From: Acidobacteriota bacterium
GTDB lineage: Bacteria; Acidobacteriota; UBA6911
Direction of reading: 5' to 3'
DNA: 64,000 bases
Assembly: GCA_963664705.1 (NCBI GenBank)
Contig: OY761556.1
Coordinates: 896,001 to 960,000 of the forward strand
The notes under the pieces are model-generated. The model did not search any database, had not been told where the DNA came from, and saw only the letters and a program-made list of their open reading frames with translations. Of the stretch, positions 55,439 to 64,000 are shown one piece after another (position 1 is the first letter of the stretch; each line of letters begins with the position of its first letter). The translations under genes were made by a program, and so were the position numbers.

Positions 55439-57610
55439 CTAAAGAAGCAATACGGAGAGTAATAAAAGTGGAATCATGAGATAGGAAGTCATTGCCATGC
55501 CGACAAGAGGCGCAAAAAACAGGCTGGCCAGGATCGATCCAAGACAACCCCCGATAAGATCAGCGGCATAAAGGGGGGTAACTGCCGCACGTTGATCGGA
55601 TGCGTCGTGGAAGCCGGCGTAGGCGAAGATTGCGGCCACCAGGATTCCGGTCATGACCAGGAAGGCAAAGCACTGTGAAAGGGAGGCAATGGCTCCCGCC
55701 GCTATTTGCCTGCCCATTACTCCGCTAAGAATGACAAGGCTTCCCAACAGGAGGATGCCGAGAGTCTTGGGCGGATTGAGACTGAGCCTCTCAATGACAT
55801 AGCATCCCAACGCCAAACCGGCCATAAAGCCTGTAAGAAGAAGTCCCAGGTCTTGGAAGAGCACACCGCATTTGGTCTGGAAATATAAAATCAGCACGGT
55901 TTCCAAGGTCATTCCCGAAAAGGCGACAACTCCCATGAGCAGCGCGCGCCGGATTGGCCAGCGAGCCCAGGTCAGCAGCAATGCCGGGATGCTGATAGCC
56001 AGCAGCCAAAGTACTTTGCGGTCAAAACGGACTTCGGGAATGGAGGGATCCCAATACCGGGCGGATGGGAGCAGTTTGGAGAGCCAGATCATGGCGGTGT
56101 ACTGATAGCAAACAGGACGAATATCGGTGTTCATGGGTGCGCGGGAGGATTCAAGCGTTTTCGCGATTTCCTGAAAACGATCATTCGTGAATAGGTATCG
56201 CAGGTAAGGCGGCGATACAATTTTTGTCTTCAATTGCCTTTCGACAAATCTGGATGCCAGGAGCGCCGGATCCCTGGTAAGGGCTCCCATGGAACAGACA
56301 ACGACATTCGTGCTTCCGGGAATAAAAAGGACCTCTGAAAAAGCCGACCGGGCGGCACGGTAGATGCCTGTCATCCTTCGCGTCAATTGCGGACTCCAGA
56401 TGTTCTCGGACGATTGGAGGCTGAAGGCAATTACTCCATTCGGGTTCAGCTTTGCCCGGCACTGCCTGAAGAATTCGCTTGTGTAAAACCGATTGGCCTG
56501 TCCCGAGCTGGGTTCAGGCATGCCGATGAGAATCAAATCATAGGACAGGGCGGCTTCGAGAAACTGGCGGGGATCCGCGACAATGATCCGGACATTGCTT
56601 GCCTGCAGCGATTTTTGAATTTGCGGTGTCTGGTTGGGGGGCACCAAGTCCAACAGCGTTTGATTCAGCTCCACATAATCGACGACTTGGGGAGAGTGCA
56701 TCAAGACCTGGTAAACAGTGCCTTCAATGCCCCCGCCGAGGATAAGCACTCGCCGTGGATTGGAATGCTGGAGCGCCGCCAGATGAACAAATTCCTCCGG
56801 GCGTGTGGATTCCGTATCAAACAGCAGAGCATCATTCTCAAAAACGGAGACCTGCCCATCGAGAAACGTGACCGTGATTCTTGAATACGGGGAATCCTGG
56901 GCATCCACCAGCGTGGGATGGGTCCAGGCTGTCATTTGGCGGTCAAGCGTGGGAGCTTTCCATACCAGAAACATCAATCCGGCAACCAATGCCAGGGCAA
57001 GCGCCCGCATTTTTTCGAGGGAATGCCCGTCGAAATCCAGGAAGGAGCATCCGGCGGCGACCAATGCGCACAGGAGAGCAATAAGAAAATTCTGAAAACC
57101 GAAACGCAGCAGCAAGGTGGCGCTCAAACCGCCGGCAAGCCCGCCAATACTCTCAATGGCGTATGCCGTTGCCAGCGATCTTCCACTGTCAATCGCAACC
57201 CTGGCGCTCCAGCGGAAAAGAAGTCCGAGGAGCAAACCTACCGGAAGAATGGACGCACCGATTGCTGCAATCTGGGTGGGCAGGGGAAGATAGGCTCCAG
57301 GAAGATCGGTCAGCCGTAGCCGAATCGATCGGATAAAGGCGATGTCCAAAGGGAGAATGATGGCGAATAACAGGAAGAACAGGTTTATCAGAAAAATAGA
57401 CGGAGCGGATGACCGCGAGCGCCGGAGCAAGGTGCCGCATGCGGTTGAAAGCATCCATATCCCTAGTGCCAGTGTATAGACCAGTTCAATTCCATAAGAG
57501 GCCACGCTCAATTCGCGCAGCAGCACAACCTGCCCCAATATAGACAGGAATCCCACCCCCAGGAGATATCCAATGCTGGAGTCGGATCGACGCAATCCTT
57601 GCATAATCAT
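55439..57610 (-). CDS. polytopic membrane protein with an internal spermidine-synthase-like SAM-binding domain
   Basis: N- and C-terminal TM blocks (LGQVVLLRE, YAIESIGG, YAADLIGG) around DSPYSRI, EEFVH, VLILGGG, YVELN and NRFYTSEFF. Start uncertain. Confidence 0.8.
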   Translation of the reverse strand: MIMQGLRRSDSSIGYLLGVGFLSILGQVVLLRELSVASYGIELVYTLALGIWMLSTACGTLLRRSRSSAPSIFLINLFFLLFAIILPLDIAFIRSIRLRLTDLPGAYLPLPTQIAAIGASILPVGLLLGLLFRWSARVAIDSGRSLATAYAIESIGGLAGGLSATLLLRFGFQNFLIALLCALVAAGCSFLDFDGHSLEKMRALALALVAGLMFLVWKAPTLDRQMTAWTHPTLVDAQDSPYSRITVTFLDGQVSVFENDALLFDTESTRPEEFVHLAALQHSNPRRVLILGGGIEGTVYQVLMHSPQVVDYVELNQTLLDLVPPNQTPQIQKSLQASNVRIIVADPRQFLEAALSYDLILIGMPEPSSGQANRFYTSEFFRQCRAKLNPNGVIAFSLQSSENIWSPQLTRRMTGIYRAARSAFSEVLFIPGSTNVVVCSMGALTRDPALLASRFVERQLKTKIVSPPYLRYLFTNDRFQEIAKTLESSRAPMNTDIRPVCYQYTAMIWLSKLLPSARYWDPSIPEVRFDRKVLWLLAISIPALLLTWARWPIRRALLMGVVAFSGMTLETVLILYFQTKCGVLFQDLGLLLTGFMAGLALGCYVIERLSLNPPKTLGILLLGSLVILSGVMGRQIAAGAIASLSQCFAFLVMTGILVAAIFAYAGFHDASDQRAAVTPLYAADLIGGCLGSILASLFFAPLVGMAMTSYLMIPLLLLSVLLL

Positions 57611-57714
57611 GGGGTCAACTGGTTTCCTATGGTTGCGCCAAAAAGCCCAAATATGCGGCAAAATCGCGCCTTATGGGTCTGTTTTTCCATTTCCACTCAC
57701 TACTATTGAATCTA

Positions 57715-59274
57715 TTATTTTTCTCCCGGTCCGCCACCGGCGAATTGCGATTCGCTGAAGACGTCTGCCTGAAAGATCTGGAATTCGGCGCCCTGTTTCC
57801 AACAGCCGGATGTGATGCCTGCCTTTCTGCAGAGATTGTCGAGCATCTCTGTCCGGCTCCACTTATTTTCGGTTGCCACCTGCGGCAGGAAGACGGCGGA
57901 GCGTCCTGCCTTGGACAGCAGCACGCCATCGCGGCCTACGACGATTTCACTGACAGAGGCTATGGGCTGCATCGGCGTGAGCACAGAAATTTCAATCTCC
58001 AGGTTCTTGAGTTCACTCCATTCCACGGGAGTGAATCTGGGATCACTGAATGCCGATTGCAGCGACATCATGCCGACGGTTTTGCTCAGTTCGGTATTGC
58101 TGGCCATTAGCCCGATGCATCCCCGCAATTCTCCTTTTTTGCGCAGCGTTACGAAAGCTCCCTGCCGCACTTTCAACCTGGCGGGGAAATCAACGGTTGG
58201 CTGCGGGGCCTGGGGGGATAGGTGGTGAAGGATGGTTGCCCTCGAGAGAGACAGAAGCATCTTCTTTTCGGCGGGCTGAAGCGGCGTTGTGCCCGAAAGC
58301 CCGGGGATTTCGCGATCCAGTGCCTGGGCCGACGCTGCGCCCGAATCCAGTACAACAGCTCCGTACCCTACAATACGGGACCGATCTCCGCCGGGCGTAT
58401 CTCCTGAGTTCGCATAACTCGCCACAAAAGCGCGCCTGGCTCCAAGGCTTTTGGCCGCAGTTATTCCGGCAATAATGGCCGCTTCTCCACACGCCCTTGT
58501 TGCAAGATTGGGCACATCCAGTTCTTTCATCGTGGAGGCAAATCGGACCGTGTCGAGGGATGCGATGGCGTCCAGCGTCTGGTGGTCTGTTTTGGATGCA
58601 TTTTCATAGGATGGATAGTGGGACAGGTCGGAGCTGATCACGATCAATGCGCGACGATTCTTCAGTACTTTGCCCAACGCTTTTCCAAACCGGACGCACA
58701 TATCGTAATCGGGCGGATGAATGATGGCCGGCACAACAAGGGCTTTGGGGAAGAGTACCTGGATAAACGGAAGCTGTACCTCGATGGAATGCTCGGCAAT
58801 ATGGACCTGTCGGCTCTGAACGCAATCCTTGCATTCAGATAGCAGCGCGGCGGTGAGATTGGTGTCAACGGGAATTTCGCCCAGAGGCGTGCGCAGAGCG
58901 CCGTAATTGCCGAGGGAAACGCCCCTAAAATCCCCGGTTGTATGATTCACGCCAAGAATGACGATGGTGTCATAATTGACTCCCATCGCCTGTCGATAAC
59001 CATTCGCGCAAATTTGCCCGGAGTAAACATACCCGGCATGGGGGACAAGGATGGCGATAGGATTGCCGGCATTTCCCGTGGCGGAGCGCTTTAGGTATGC
59101 TTCGATGGCAGATCTCAGTTTTTCCGGGTCCGAGGGATAAAACTGGCCTGCAACTGCCGGAGGGCGGACATCGGTTTCCGCGGCGGATCCGATTTGGACT
59201 CCACAGAGAAGCAATACCATGGTTGCCGGAAGCATTTTCCAGCGGATATGCAAAACCGGAGAGATAAATCTCAT
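57715..59274 (-). CDS. amrB: AmmeMemoRadiSam system protein B (MEMO1)-protein A (AMMECR1) fusion with an N-terminal signal peptide
   Basis: RPPAVAGQFYP, PHAGYVYSG, EHSIEVQLPF, SSDLSHY and ACG; then GAFVTL..LRGCIG, DPRF and FLPQVA. Confidence 0.9.
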   Translation of the reverse strand: MRFISPVLHIRWKMLPATMVLLLCGVQIGSAAETDVRPPAVAGQFYPSDPEKLRSAIEAYLKRSATGNAGNPIAILVPHAGYVYSGQICANGYRQAMGVNYDTIVILGVNHTTGDFRGVSLGNYGALRTPLGEIPVDTNLTAALLSECKDCVQSRQVHIAEHSIEVQLPFIQVLFPKALVVPAIIHPPDYDMCVRFGKALGKVLKNRRALIVISSDLSHYPSYENASKTDHQTLDAIASLDTVRFASTMKELDVPNLATRACGEAAIIAGITAAKSLGARRAFVASYANSGDTPGGDRSRIVGYGAVVLDSGAASAQALDREIPGLSGTTPLQPAEKKMLLSLSRATILHHLSPQAPQPTVDFPARLKVRQGAFVTLRKKGELRGCIGLMASNTELSKTVGMMSLQSAFSDPRFTPVEWSELKNLEIEISVLTPMQPIASVSEIVVGRDGVLLSKAGRSAVFLPQVATENKWSRTEMLDNLCRKAGITSGCWKQGAEFQIFQADVFSESQFAGGGPGEK

Positions 59275-59316
59275 GCCTTGCTCCTTCGATGGTCTGCGTG
59301 TCCTGCTATTTGCCTG

Positions 59317-60510
59317 CTACGCCCAGACTCCCGCGATTTCTTTCCCGCAGTATTTGCAGGTGCCTCGGTTCATATGGATGCCTGCTATGAAGATGGAACT
59401 TCGTTCGATGACGACCTTCCCGCATCTCGGGCAGTAGGTTTGATTCCCGGGATGGTTGGGGACATTCCCGACATAGGCGTAATGAATCCCCTTTTCCATT
59501 GCATAGTTCCTGAAGCGCTCCAACGTTGCGATGGGAGTCGGCGGCAGGTTCAGCAGCTGGTAGTCGGGATGAAAGCGCGTGAAATGGATCGGAACATCCG
59601 GGCCGATTTCGCCCATGATCCAATCCACGAGTCCCTGCAGCATTTTTTTTGAGTCATTCAACGTCGGGACAACGAGATTTACGATCTCGAGATGAATGCC
59701 GCTTCTGGCAATCTGGCGGATGCTGTTGAGAACGGGCTGAAGCTCGGCGCTGCAGACTCTCCTGTAGAAATCCGGGCTGAAACCTTTCAGATCGATTTTG
59801 ATGGCATCCAGAACGCGGCACAGCTCAGACAGCGGTTCCGTGTTCATGAATCCGCAGCTGACCATGACGCATCGCAATTTCCTTTTCCTTGCAAGTTCGG
59901 CGGTGTCGGCCAGATATTCGATAAACACTGTAGGTTCATTGTAGGTAAAAGCAATTACCGGGGATTGTTTGGATTCCGCAGTACTGACCAGTTCGGCCGG
60001 CTGCACAAAAGGAACGCTGAAGTCCTCCGGTCGTGATTGAGAGATCTCCCAGTTCTGACAGAATTTGCAATGCAGGGGGCATCCGGAGGTGGCGAATGAG
60101 AACGCCTCCGATCCCGGAAGAAAATGGTAGAAGGGCTTTTTCTCAATGGGATCCACATGGATGGCAACGGGCCTTCCGTAGACCAGGCTGCGCAGCTCGC
60201 CGTCAACATTCATCCGCGCCCGGCATTTCCCCCGATCTCCGCTTTTCAATATGCAGCCCTGGGCGCACAGAAGACACTTGATGAAAGCAGGCTTGCCCGT
60301 ATGCGCCGCCGCCCGGAGGTATGTTTGCTGTCCGTGACAGACAGAACAGGCGGTTCCAGTTGAGGTCGAGGCCCAGTAGCGGGCTTTCGGAGCCATCCGT
60401 GCCAGGTCGGAAGTGCGGTCGAAGAACGACGGGTAGGCAAAAGCCAGACCTGCTCCAACAGTGGAGCCAAGGCCGGCCGCTGAAATGAGGAATTTGCGTC
60501 GGGAGATCAT
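59317..60510 (-). CDS. amrS: AmmeMemoRadiSam system radical SAM enzyme with a Tat signal
   Basis: SRRKFL plus hydrophobic stretch; DPIEKKPFYHFLPG, GCPLHCKFCQNWEISQ, FTYNEP, HFTRFHPDY, YVGNV and TYCPRCG. Confidence 0.92.
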   Translation of the reverse strand: MISRRKFLISAAGLGSTVGAGLAFAYPSFFDRTSDLARMAPKARYWASTSTGTACSVCHGQQTYLRAAAHTGKPAFIKCLLCAQGCILKSGDRGKCRARMNVDGELRSLVYGRPVAIHVDPIEKKPFYHFLPGSEAFSFATSGCPLHCKFCQNWEISQSRPEDFSVPFVQPAELVSTAESKQSPVIAFTYNEPTVFIEYLADTAELARKRKLRCVMVSCGFMNTEPLSELCRVLDAIKIDLKGFSPDFYRRVCSAELQPVLNSIRQIARSGIHLEIVNLVVPTLNDSKKMLQGLVDWIMGEIGPDVPIHFTRFHPDYQLLNLPPTPIATLERFRNYAMEKGIHYAYVGNVPNHPGNQTYCPRCGKVVIERSSIFIAGIHMNRGTCKYCGKEIAGVWA

Positions 60511-60527
60511 GCTGTCCTTCCGCTGCT

Positions 60528-60556
60528 ACGATAATCCCCAGATAACCATGTGTCAA
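60528..60556 (-). promoter_or_regulatory. sigma70-type promoter of the amrS operon
   Basis: Minus strand TTGACA-N17-TATCGT, with -10 box 17 nt upstream of the ATG. Confidence 0.6.
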
Positions 60557-60592
60557 TCAGCCGAACGTGGCCGAACGTGGCAGAAAAGCGGA

Positions 60593-60612
60593 GTATATCC
60601 ATATGGATATAC
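60593..60612. promoter_or_regulatory. perfect 20-bp palindrome between divergent promoters
   Basis: GTATATCCATATGGATATAC. Confidence 0.6.
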
Positions 60613-60760
60613 CTAGGGCTAGATAAGAACCATATTTTCCGGGGGAATTACCCCCTGTCATGGTAAAATCGGCGAGCTTTACTAATCTGGCTTGGCTATT
60701 GGCGGCTTTACAGGATCGAAAGTTATCTTTTTACGTGGGTATGGAGGAGGGATAAGGGCG

Positions 60761-61012
60761 ATGAGTGATGAAGATATCAAAGCGGAACTCGAGAGATTGC
60801 GGGCGGAAAATGAAGCTCTCAAACGGTCTTCTTCCAAAGGACTGTCTTTGAGAGTAAGCGAAAAGGGCGCTGTTTCGGTATATGGACTCGGACGGTTTCC
60901 TGTCACGCTCTATAAGGAACAATGGCTTCGACTTCTGGATATGTCGGAAGATATCCGGATGTTCATCAATCAGAATGAAGCGCAGCTTAAATCCAAGGCC
61001 GCGCAGTCTTAA
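60761..61012 (+). CDS. small conserved hypothetical protein
   Basis: Coiled-coil N-terminus, then VSEKGAVSVYGLGRFPVTLYKEQW; GGAGG upstream. Confidence 0.8.
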   Translation: MSDEDIKAELERLRAENEALKRSSSKGLSLRVSEKGAVSVYGLGRFPVTLYKEQWLRLLDMSEDIRMFINQNEAQLKSKAAQS

Positions 61013-61248
61013 TTTCCCGAAATCTCGCAGTACACCCTACACGATTCCGAAATTCTGCTGTATCGTTCCAATGAGGTGTATTCGGCAGATGCGAGCCGGG
61101 AGTCGGAATGCTTCTGCGCAACGGGGAGCATTCCGATTTCCGGCTCGACGGCCTTCTTCGGATCTCTCGCTTCAAGTTCCTTGACTTCTGACTCCTGAAA
61201 CAGTTCGTTCTGTGGTAACTTTTGGGGCAGCGTATGGAGGAGTATCCC

Positions 61249-61968
61249 ATGACGGACTATTCCATTCTTGAACGCGACCTCTGCGAAATTCTTAGCCTTT
61301 CGAAACGGCCTGTAGCTGTTACCTTTCGCAAAAACGCTCCTGCCGGAGTCGTCCGATTTGCCGGAGACGAACCCTCGGGGTGCAGTTTCTGGAAACTGGC
61401 GGCGGGAGGAATGACCTTTTATACGATTCCCGGCGACCATTGTCGTTGCGCTCTGGGACGATACACGCATGGATTTCCTCGGTTGCCCGGACACGATGGG
61501 GAATTGGAGAATGCGATTTCGATGCTGAGCAGTAGCGGCTATATAAAAATGGAAGAACTCCATTCCATGCCGCACCTCCGGGAGGCACCCCAGGCTGTCG
61601 TTTATTCTCCGCTGGGAAATGCTCCGGTGGATCCGGATTTGGTAATCATTGTTGCCCGTCCCATGCAAATCATGCTGCTGCAGGAATCGGCAATGCGTGC
61701 CGGCGTCGGGCTGCAGCTTTCGCTATTTGGCGGGCCGACGTGCATGTCACTTCCAGCCTCTCTGGGGCAGCATGGGATGATCACAAGTGCCGGTTGCCTG
61801 GGAAACCGTATGTACAATGAGCTCGGGGATGATGAGCTTTATGTCATCTTTCCGGGCAGCGTGCTGCAGAGAATTGCCGATGAGGTCCAGGGGATTGCCG
61901 AATCGACCGCAAGCAGAATGGAGTATTACAAAGGGCGTCGCAAATCTCTCGAGACTCCGCGGGAATAG
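61249..61968 (+). CDS. DUF169 domain protein
   Basis: PVAV, GCSFW, HCRCALG, PL....VDPD, PTC and SAGCLGNR..L.DDE motifs; GGAGGAG RBS. Confidence 0.82.
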   Translation: MTDYSILERDLCEILSLSKRPVAVTFRKNAPAGVVRFAGDEPSGCSFWKLAAGGMTFYTIPGDHCRCALGRYTHGFPRLPGHDGELENAISMLSSSGYIKMEELHSMPHLREAPQAVVYSPLGNAPVDPDLVIIVARPMQIMLLQESAMRAGVGLQLSLFGGPTCMSLPASLGQHGMITSAGCLGNRMYNELGDDELYVIFPGSVLQRIADEVQGIAESTASRMEYYKGRRKSLETPRE

Positions 61969-62052
61969 GTCTGATAATTCGTAAACCATACCTCTGATGA
62001 CTCCGGCTGCTGCCGGAGTTGGCGATGCTCCGTTCACAATTTCGAAGGAATC

Positions 62053-63369
62053 ATGGGCCCCACGCTTTCAGCAAATCAAAACAAAAACCCATACGAACCT
62101 GCATCCAATGGGGGAGCCCAATCAAAATTCAAGGTAGCCTTGCGGGCGCTGCGCTCCCGCAATTATCGGCTCTTTTTTATCGGCCAATTGATCTCCCTGA
62201 TCGGGACCTGGATGCAGATGGTGGCACAGCCCTGGCTGGTGTATCGTCTGACCGGATCATCCCTGTTGCTCGGCACCGTCGGCTTCGCCTCGCAAATTCC
62301 CGTCTTTCTTCTGGCGACTATTGGCGGGGCCGTGGCGGATCGATTTGACAGGCATAAAGTCGTGATTGCCACCCAGGCCGCCTCGATGATCCTGGCATTC
62401 ATCCTGGCATTTCTGACCCTGACCCATACTATCCAGGTCTGGCACATTATCGTCCTCTCCTCCTTGCTGGGGATTGTAAACGCCTTTGATATGCCGGGAC
62501 GTCAGGCATTCATCGTTCTGCTGGTGGAGAAGGAAGATCTGATGAATGCCATCGCCCTGAATTCCTCGATATTCAATGGCGCGCGGGTTCTGGGACCGGC
62601 CGTAGCCGGACTCCTGATTGCCGGTATCGGAGAAGGGTGGTGTTTTTTCGCCAACGCAGTCAGCTACATTGCGGTCATCATAGGATTGTTGATGATGAAA
62701 CTGAAGCCCATGCCTCCGGTGGAGCGAAAGGATGCGGGGATGCGCAGTTTGCTCGAAGGGTTTTCCTTTGTGCGTAAAATGCGTTCGATCCGGGCGGTGC
62801 TCCTGTTGCTGGGGCTGATCAGCATCGTCGGGATGCCCTACTCGGTCCTGATGCCGATTTTTGCGGATAAGATTCTTCATGGCGGGGCGAGGGGGCTGGG
62901 CATTCTGATGGGGGCAACCGGGATTGGTGCGCTGGTTGGCGCCATGTCGCTGGCTGTCCGGTCAGGGACAAAAGGTTTGGGGAAAGTAGTGGGCTATGCC
63001 AGCGCCGGATTCGGAGCGGCGCTTATTCTGTTTTCCGCCTCCCGGTCCTTCTGGCTGTCCGCCGCGTTCCTGGCACCCGTCGGCTACTCATTCATGGTGC
63101 AGATGGCTGCCAGCAGCACTCTGATTCAGACTATGGTGCCCGATCATCTGCGGGGCAGGGTCATGGCGGTTCATGTGATGATGTTTATGGGAATGGCGCC
63201 GTTCGGATCCTTCCTGGCGGGGGCGATCGCCACGAAGGTAGGGGCTCCGTTGACTATTGCGATAGGCGGCGGCATCTGCCTGGCCGGCGCTGTCCTCTTT
63301 CTCTCGCGCCTTCCGAGGCTCCAGCTCGTTTCCTCCGCTCCAATCCAGCCTGCCGTGGATGAGCCATAA
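62053..63369 (+). CDS. MFS transporter (MFS_3/DUF894 type)
   Basis: RNYRLFFIGQLISLIGTWMQ, GGAVADRFDR, NAIALNS and RGRVM motifs. Confidence 0.9.
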   Translation: MGPTLSANQNKNPYEPASNGGAQSKFKVALRALRSRNYRLFFIGQLISLIGTWMQMVAQPWLVYRLTGSSLLLGTVGFASQIPVFLLATIGGAVADRFDRHKVVIATQAASMILAFILAFLTLTHTIQVWHIIVLSSLLGIVNAFDMPGRQAFIVLLVEKEDLMNAIALNSSIFNGARVLGPAVAGLLIAGIGEGWCFFANAVSYIAVIIGLLMMKLKPMPPVERKDAGMRSLLEGFSFVRKMRSIRAVLLLLGLISIVGMPYSVLMPIFADKILHGGARGLGILMGATGIGALVGAMSLAVRSGTKGLGKVVGYASAGFGAALILFSASRSFWLSAAFLAPVGYSFMVQMAASSTLIQTMVPDHLRGRVMAVHVMMFMGMAPFGSFLAGAIATKVGAPLTIAIGGGICLAGAVLFLSRLPRLQLVSSAPIQPAVDEP

Positions 63370-63377
63370 AAAACAAA

Positions 63378-63418
63378 ACGCCACGGATTTCACAAATAGT
63401 TCGTGAAATCCGTGGCGT
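63378..63418. terminator. 16-bp perfect hairpin between convergent genes (family B palindrome, probable terminator)
   Basis: ACGCCACGGATTTCAC / GTGAAATCCGTGGCGT, with an A-tract on the left. Confidence 0.75.
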
Positions 63419-63442
63419 GCTATACCACATTTCAGGAAAGAA

Positions 63443-64000
63443 CTAGAAAACGCCAGTTACCTTTCCAGTCTCGACATTGACGTCCACTCTTCTGTATGCA
63501 GGATCCGATGCAGTTCCCGGCATCAAAGTGATGTCGCCGGCAACCGGGACCACGAAGCCCGCGCCTTTGTAAGTCATGATGTCGCGGATCGGAAGCGTCC
63601 AGCCCTTCGGTGCACCCTTCAGATTCGGGTTATGCGACAGGCTGAGGTGTGTCTTAACCATGCAGGTTCCAAGCTTCTGGAGCTCAGGATCGCTTTCCAT
63701 CTTCTTGAGCTTGGTCTGGGCGTCGGGCGTGTAGGAAACACCGTCGGCTCCGTAAATTTCCTTTGCGATGGTTTCAATTCTCTTTCCGAGCGGCATGTCA
63801 AGTTCATAGAGATACTTGAAGTCGTTCGGTTCGTTGCAGGCGTCGATAACGGCATCGGAGAGCTCCAATGCGCCGTCGCCGCCCTTCAGCCAGTGCTCGG
63901 AAACCGCACAACGTGCGCCGATGGCTTCGACGTTTCTCTTGATGCAATCGATCTCGGCCTTGGTATCGGTATAGAACGAGTTGATGCAGACGACCGGATT
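63443..64000 (-). CDS. fhs: formate--tetrahydrofolate ligase, C-terminal part (runs off the window)
   Basis: [42 protein letters not shown] and LMPG motifs. Confidence 0.92.
   Translation of the reverse strand, partial: NPVVCINSFYTDTKAEIDCIKRNVEAIGARCAVSEHWLKGGDGALELSDAVIDACNEPNDFKYLYELDMPLGKRIETIAKEIYGADGVSYTPDAQTKLKKMESDPELQKLGTCMVKTHLSLSHNPNLKGAPKGWTLPIRDIMTYKGAGFVVPVAGDITLMPGTASDPAYRRVDVNVETGKVTGVF

Noticed and set aside
1-64000. CRISPR array, tRNA or rRNA genes
   Set aside because: No regularly spaced 25-40-bp repeats, cas genes, cloverleaf/T-loop contexts or rRNA-like stretches were seen by eye.

Overview
Gene-dense, moderately GC-rich bacterial chromosomal window with about 45 CDSs. 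Acidobacteriota-like origin is inferred from the protein families, not proven. I found no rRNA, tRNA or CRISPR array. Recognisable content: a U32-like gene with iolN and an IclR regulator; two GT-C type membrane glycosyltransferases; a sugar MFS transporter, esterases and a Tat-exported GH1 protein whose catalytic nucleophile is degenerate; an Rrf2-cydAB (cytochrome bd) operon; a 1667-aa multidomain S8 protease; an NAD-linked formate dehydrogenase (NuoE-NuoF fusion plus Cys-type FdhF); exeA/exeB; a stand-alone DUF262 gene; a K+ channel; and the 3' part of fhs. Four things stand out. (1) An apparently exported AmmeMemoRadiSam system: a Tat-signal radical SAM enzyme with an inserted CxxCH, a signal-peptide MEMO1-AMMECR1 fusion, and a polytopic spermidine-synthase-like membrane protein. 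(2) Next to it, a complete-looking ceramide/aminolipid cluster: SDR, FAAL, ACP-fused SPT-like enzyme and a bCerS-like GNAT. (3) A Cys-rich secreted protein ending in an FrpC-like self-processing module with Ser-Pro in place of Asp-Pro. (4) An internally deleted GxxExxY nuclease remnant between 29-bp inverted repeats, plus several dispersed REP-like palindrome families. All family calls come from motif recognition by eye; no database searches were run.
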